Source: an uncultured Nitrososphaerota archaeon
GTDB lineage: Archaea; Thermoproteota; Nitrososphaeria; Nitrososphaerales; CADDZS01
NCBI GenBank assembly: GCA_963799845.1
Contig: CAWCYI010000004.1
Coordinates: 1,408,001 to 1,472,000, forward strand
Direction: 5' to 3'
Length of the DNA stretch: 64,000 nt
Position 1 is the stretch's first letter. Each line of letters begins with the position of its first letter. The notes beneath the pieces were generated by a model that searched no databases, had not been told where the DNA came from, and worked only from the letters and a program-made list of their open reading frames with translations. Positions 59,694-64,000 of the stretch are shown here, piece by piece. The position numbers and the translations under genes were made by a program.

Positions 59694-60250
59694 ATAGTCC
59701 GACAGCTTCGAACCGAAACTGTGTATAAATCCCTTTTATTTCGGTGCAACAGAATTAACAAAATCATTTTTGGCGGTCAGGGATGAATTTTGAAAAATCA
59801 GGCAAGACCTGCTTAAATGAAAGAATCCCGTTTAAGAAAAAATGCGATGAACCTTCAATCGCTAATAGCGGTCGCTCCATTTGCGACACTACTATTCAAG
59901 ACTAAACAAAAGTCTGTTAGTGTGCCAGCGATGATAGCGATTCTGATCGTGCTAGGGCTCGTCTTCCAAAACTGACAACAATCTCATACAGAGTCTACTC
60001 GATTCAGGGAAGCGTCCTCGTGGGAAAACAGGAGTTCATAACGGGATTCCAGATAGTCGCATTCGTTCTTGGGAGCATCAATTCGGTCGCGATTATCCCG
60101 GCTTCGCTTGCGAAGAGGAGGGTCTCAAATATCGCCAAGGACGAGAAGAAGCTGAGCGACGTACAACATTAGATCGTTTTGCGCATTTACTGTGATGAAA
60201 CGGCGAAAAGAATTTTGAGATGAGTTTCGAAAAACGATTTCGATTATAAT

Positions 60251-60535
60251 TTGAGGTTAGGAATTGTAATTTTCGGATTAGTTTTCCTTTTTCTGGGGAC
60301 TGCAACTTATGCTTACACCGTTACTGCAAATCTTCAAGAATATGCTTGTTCAGATCCTTGCACTCTGGTAATAACCGGAAATACAACACACTCGACATGT
60401 CAGAATAATTGTCCATATATCGGCGTGCCGGGTTCTGACGTTAAAATTGGCGGAGTTCTACTTGCAATTTTAGGAAGCATCTTAATCGGGATTGGTTTCC
60501 TTCCTAAGAGAAATAATCCATACATAACCTTGTGA
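60251..60535 (+). CDS. Small 2-TM protein with Cys-containing loop
   Basis: TM - CxxxC...CxxxC loop - TM. Confidence 0.6.
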   Translation: MRLGIVIFGLVFLFLGTATYAYTVTANLQEYACSDPCTLVITGNTTHSTCQNNCPYIGVPGSDVKIGGVLLAILGSILIGIGFLPKRNNPYITL

Positions 60536-60640
60536 GCGTTCAGATATCGGACTTACTTTCGTGCCCCTTAGCTTTATCTTAAATCGGAAAAGTTTCGTCT
60601 GCATTCACTTTTTTAGCTTCCAACAAATTTTCTTTAGCAG

Positions 60641-63466
60641 ATGAAGCCAAAGCGCTCGATCGATGCGAACCTAGAGCCCCCACCCTCCAAGGACAGGATC
60701 AGCAGGGACATACACCTCCTGGGCGACATGTTCGGCGAGACTATCATCGAGCAGGAGGGCGCCGAGATCTTTGAACTCGAGGAAAAGCTCCGCAACCTCA
60801 CGAAGAGGACGCGGGCATCAGCTTCAAAAAAATCAAGGTCGAGGTTTCAGGAAAAAACAATCGACCTCGTCGCGAAGCTAAATTACAAAGAGTGTCTTGC
60901 GATCATTCATTCTTTCTCGACCTACTTTCAGCTCGTCAACCTGGTCGAAGATCACCACCGCGTCAGGGTCTTACGCGAGAGGGAGGAGAAGTTCGACGAG
61001 ATAAACCGAAAGGAGAAACCAAAGAATCCGCTCCGAGTTGCAGAGTCTGCTTACGATCTCGTATTCACCCTGAAAGAGAGGGGCCTCTCGCTTGATGAAG
61101 CGCTCGGATTTTTCGCAAATCTGCAGATAGAACTTGTATTCACGGCGCACCCGAATGAGGCGAGGCGGCGCACCATTCTTGAGAAGACATTCAGGATTTC
61201 AAGACTCCTGCTGAATATAGAAACAACAGCCGGGATGACCCCACTCGAGCGAAAGCAGCTTCTGCTCCAGATGCGAGCCCACATCGCGTCGTTGTGGCAG
61301 ACCGACGAAGTACGAAATAGGGACTTAACGGTCATGGATGAAGTAAAGATCGGGCTGTACTACATGAAGGAGATCGTATTCCCGATGATCCCGGTCGTCT
61401 ATTCAAGGTTCGAGGACGCACTGGAGCAGGCTTATAGAAAATCTGTCCACTTACACCCATTCGTGTTTTACGGCACCTGGCGCGGATCAGACCGCGATGG
61501 AAACCCGAACGTCACTCCCGAGCTGACTGTCGAGGCCGCGACATTAATGCGCAAGTCAATAATCGGGCTATACGACGAAAAACTATTTGACTTGACGGAC
61601 AAGCTCTCACAATCGCTCCAGGTTACGAGTTTTGACCAAGCGCTGCTGGAATCGATTGAGATGGAGAGGAAACTACGACCCGATGTCTGGCGCGAGATCG
61701 AGGGGTCAAACCGGTACGAGCCGTACCGCGCGAAACTCACATTCATGCATAACCGGCTCATTGAGACACTGAAGGAAAGCGAACTTCCAAAGTACGATGA
61801 CTCGTTACAATTTCTCGCTGACCTCCAGATGATCTACGCGAGCCTTGCTGAAAACAGGAGTGAGGTTGTCGCGAAAGCGTTCGTTTTGCCGCTCATCAGG
61901 CAGGTTGAGACCTTCGGATTCGAGTTTGCCTTCATGGACATCAGGCAGCACAGCGCCAAACACGAGAAGATCGTTTCGACCGTATTAGAGCACAATGGTA
62001 TCAATGATTATCGGAAATTGTCAGAAGTCGAGAAATCAATACTGCTAACCGATCTTATCGAACAGGATCGAGAGATTCGAATTCCGGAAACTTGGAGTGA
62101 CCCAGAGGTGGCGGAACATTTTGAAGTCTTTCGTATGATAAAACGGGTTCACGAAAAATACTCGCAAAGAGCGATCAGGACATACATCGTGAGCATGTCC
62201 AGCGCGGAGAGCGACATACTAGAAATCTTATTCCTTATGAAACTCACGGACTTGATCAATTTTGCGGAATCCAGGTCGGAGCTGGGCATCGTACCGCTCT
62301 TCGAGACGATCGAAGACCTGCGCAACTCCGCCTCGATAATGGAAAGCCTCATCCAGAACGGGGCGTACCTGAAGCAACTGTCGCTCCGTCAAAATGCGCA
62401 GGAGATCATGCTCGGATACTCTGACAGCACGAAGGACGGTGGCTACATTACTTCGCGATGGGAACTCCACAAAGCGGAGGAGAGTCTTTCCAGATTATTC
62501 CAGAACAGCGGCATCGAGATGAAGTTCTTCCACGGCCGCGGCGGCTCGGTTAGTCGGGGCGGCGAGCCTATGATAGATGCGATAAGGAGCGAGCCGGCTG
62601 ATGTCTATTCGGGGAAAATCAAAATCACGGAGCAGGGGGAAGTCATTCCGTCAAACTACTCCACGGTCGGACTGGCAGTACGACACGTTGAGCAGATCTC
62701 GTTTGGGATGGCGCTCGCGATGCTGGACAAGAGAGCCAAGGATTCGTGGCTTGACCCGAAGTGGTCTGAATTCATGGAGGAAATGTCCCGGGATAACTTT
62801 GAGCGGTTCCAAAAGCTGGTCTATGAAACGAAGGAATTCCGCGACTATTTTGAGAAGGCAACCCCGATCCGGGAGCTGACTCTGCTGAAAATTGGGTCGA
62901 GGCCTGTTTCAAGAACGGGAACGATTACGATCGAGGATGTTAGAGCAATACCATGGGTGTTCGGATGGACTCAGAATCGCCACCTCTTCCCCGGCTGGTA
63001 TCCCGCCGGGTTTGTACTGGACTCGTTCATCAAAAAGAGAAAAGGAGGACTCGTCTCACTCCGCGAAATGTACCAACGGTGGTTTTTCTTCAGGACTGTA
63101 ATCGACAACCTCCAGATGATCATGATCAAGGCAGACATGATGATTTCAGAACTTTATTCCAGGCTTGAAGACGATCCAGCTATTAGAGATGAGATATTTG
63201 GAGAAATAAGATCGCAGTACCAGCTCGCTCTGGAAAGGATTCTTGATGTTACGAGACAAAAACATCTTCTGGAGAAAAACGTTCTCCTGAGGTACTCGAT
63301 CGAAGTGCGAAATCCCTACATCGATCCGATGAACTACATTCAGGTGAGGCTGCTAAAAGAAAAGCGAAGCGATGAAAAGATATCAGCGGAATCCGAAGAG
63401 ACCCTTCTCACAGGAGTCAAGCTGAGCATCATAGGGATCGCATCGGGAATGAAGAATACCGGTTAA
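60641..63466 (+). CDS. ppc: Phosphoenolpyruvate carboxylase, bacterial/plant type (941 aa)
   Basis: Motifs VFTAHP, DRDGNP, MLGYSDS.KDGG, FHGRGGSV.RGG, RAIPW.F.W.Q.R and a C-terminal GMKNTG. Confidence 0.97.
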   Translation: MKPKRSIDANLEPPPSKDRISRDIHLLGDMFGETIIEQEGAEIFELEEKLRNLTKRTRASASKKSRSRFQEKTIDLVAKLNYKECLAIIHSFSTYFQLVNLVEDHHRVRVLREREEKFDEINRKEKPKNPLRVAESAYDLVFTLKERGLSLDEALGFFANLQIELVFTAHPNEARRRTILEKTFRISRLLLNIETTAGMTPLERKQLLLQMRAHIASLWQTDEVRNRDLTVMDEVKIGLYYMKEIVFPMIPVVYSRFEDALEQAYRKSVHLHPFVFYGTWRGSDRDGNPNVTPELTVEAATLMRKSIIGLYDEKLFDLTDKLSQSLQVTSFDQALLESIEMERKLRPDVWREIEGSNRYEPYRAKLTFMHNRLIETLKESELPKYDDSLQFLADLQMIYASLAENRSEVVAKAFVLPLIRQVETFGFEFAFMDIRQHSAKHEKIVSTVLEHNGINDYRKLSEVEKSILLTDLIEQDREIRIPETWSDPEVAEHFEVFRMIKRVHEKYSQRAIRTYIVSMSSAESDILEILFLMKLTDLINFAESRSELGIVPLFETIEDLRNSASIMESLIQNGAYLKQLSLRQNAQEIMLGYSDSTKDGGYITSRWELHKAEESLSRLFQNSGIEMKFFHGRGGSVSRGGEPMIDAIRSEPADVYSGKIKITEQGEVIPSNYSTVGLAVRHVEQISFGMALAMLDKRAKDSWLDPKWSEFMEEMSRDNFERFQKLVYETKEFRDYFEKATPIRELTLLKIGSRPVSRTGTITIEDVRAIPWVFGWTQNRHLFPGWYPAGFVLDSFIKKRKGGLVSLREMYQRWFFFRTVIDNLQMIMIKADMMISELYSRLEDDPAIRDEIFGEIRSQYQLALERILDVTRQKHLLEKNVLLRYSIEVRNPYIDPMNYIQVRLLKEKRSDEKISAESEETLLTGVKLSIIGIASGMKNTG

Positions 63467-63647
63467 TAGAATTCTAATGCTATAGTATAGAAGTCGAATG
63501 GTTTTCGACATTCTACAGTAATCATACAATAATAGTGACCGATGCAGGTCTATATCAGCTGATTCTGTACCTGCAGACCTGAAAAGAAGGACAGCCGCGA
63601 ATATCCGGATGAATCCGTAAATGCCGTTCTAACATCCCGAAGCTCGT

Positions 63648-63938
63648 TTGTCCGGAGCTGTCAAACTCCAGTTTAACAGGGATCGATTCCTGACCTTCAT
63701 ACTATATGGCATAGTCTGCGAGATCGTTGCGATCATCCTCGGCTACATTTACCTCCCAGTCATATCTCTACTGGCTCTCGGGGTGTGCTTCACGAGGTAC
63801 CGCGGTCTCATGGTCAGGGATTCCTCAAAGAACCTCCTGGCAGCTTTCGTGATGGGTGTGGTGCTCGCGGCAATAGTCGTCTACTTCGCACTTTCTCTAG
63901 GACTGGTTCACAGAACACCACTAGCAATTGACTTCTGA
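63648..63938 (+). CDS. Small membrane protein
   Basis: Hydrophobic helices. Confidence 0.55.
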   Translation: MSGAVKLQFNRDRFLTFILYGIVCEIVAIILGYIYLPVISLLALGVCFTRYRGLMVRDSSKNLLAAFVMGVVLAAIVVYFALSLGLVHRTPLAIDF

Positions 63939-64000
63939 TCAATTCCTTTCTGATTCTCGTTCTCACATCTGAGAATCGTCCGTGAATTAATAGCGATCTT

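Noticed and set aside
1-64000. tRNA/rRNA genes
   Set aside because: No cloverleaf or rRNA-like conserved segments were recognised by eye. A tRNAscan-SE or Infernal run would be needed to exclude intron-containing tRNAs or small RNAs.

Overview
Archaeal chromosomal window, most likely from a non-model Nitrososphaerota-like lineage. The evidence is a thaumarchaeal-type TFB, an Rpo12/RpoP, Lrp and TRASH regulators, VapBC pairs and many TTG starts. It holds mixed metabolic and stress genes: DAHP synthase, a GltD-like oxidoreductase, a GH15 hydrolase, coaBC, dhaK/dhaL, a GMC oxidase, a class III cyclase, a copper locus (chaperone, CopR, CopA), an LpdA-like enzyme, an ABC exporter, a LigD phosphoesterase and a bacterial-type PEP carboxylase. 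An accessory, defence-like island at about 36-44 kb carries Fic, a PD-(D/E)XK nuclease, a NERD-HEAT protein and a 2TM protein with a ubiquitin-like tail. No tRNA, rRNA, CRISPR array or transposase was recognised. The most striking signal centres on the tetranucleotide AGCT. (1) Eleven of the twelve apparent frameshifts I located sit at AGCT, seven with the same AGCT[G]A extra base, as expected from long-read base-calling errors at a methylated motif. (2) The window encodes an orphan beta-class amino-methyltransferase that resembles the archaeal AGCT m4C family. (3) A non-coding element of about 115 bp, packed with helically phased AGCT sites, occurs twice as an inverted repeat about 13.7 kb apart. 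Together these suggest a methylation-read DNA element; this is an inference. Several real-looking small genes missed by the ORF track were also found: Rpo12, a C2HC zinc finger and two single-TM microproteins.
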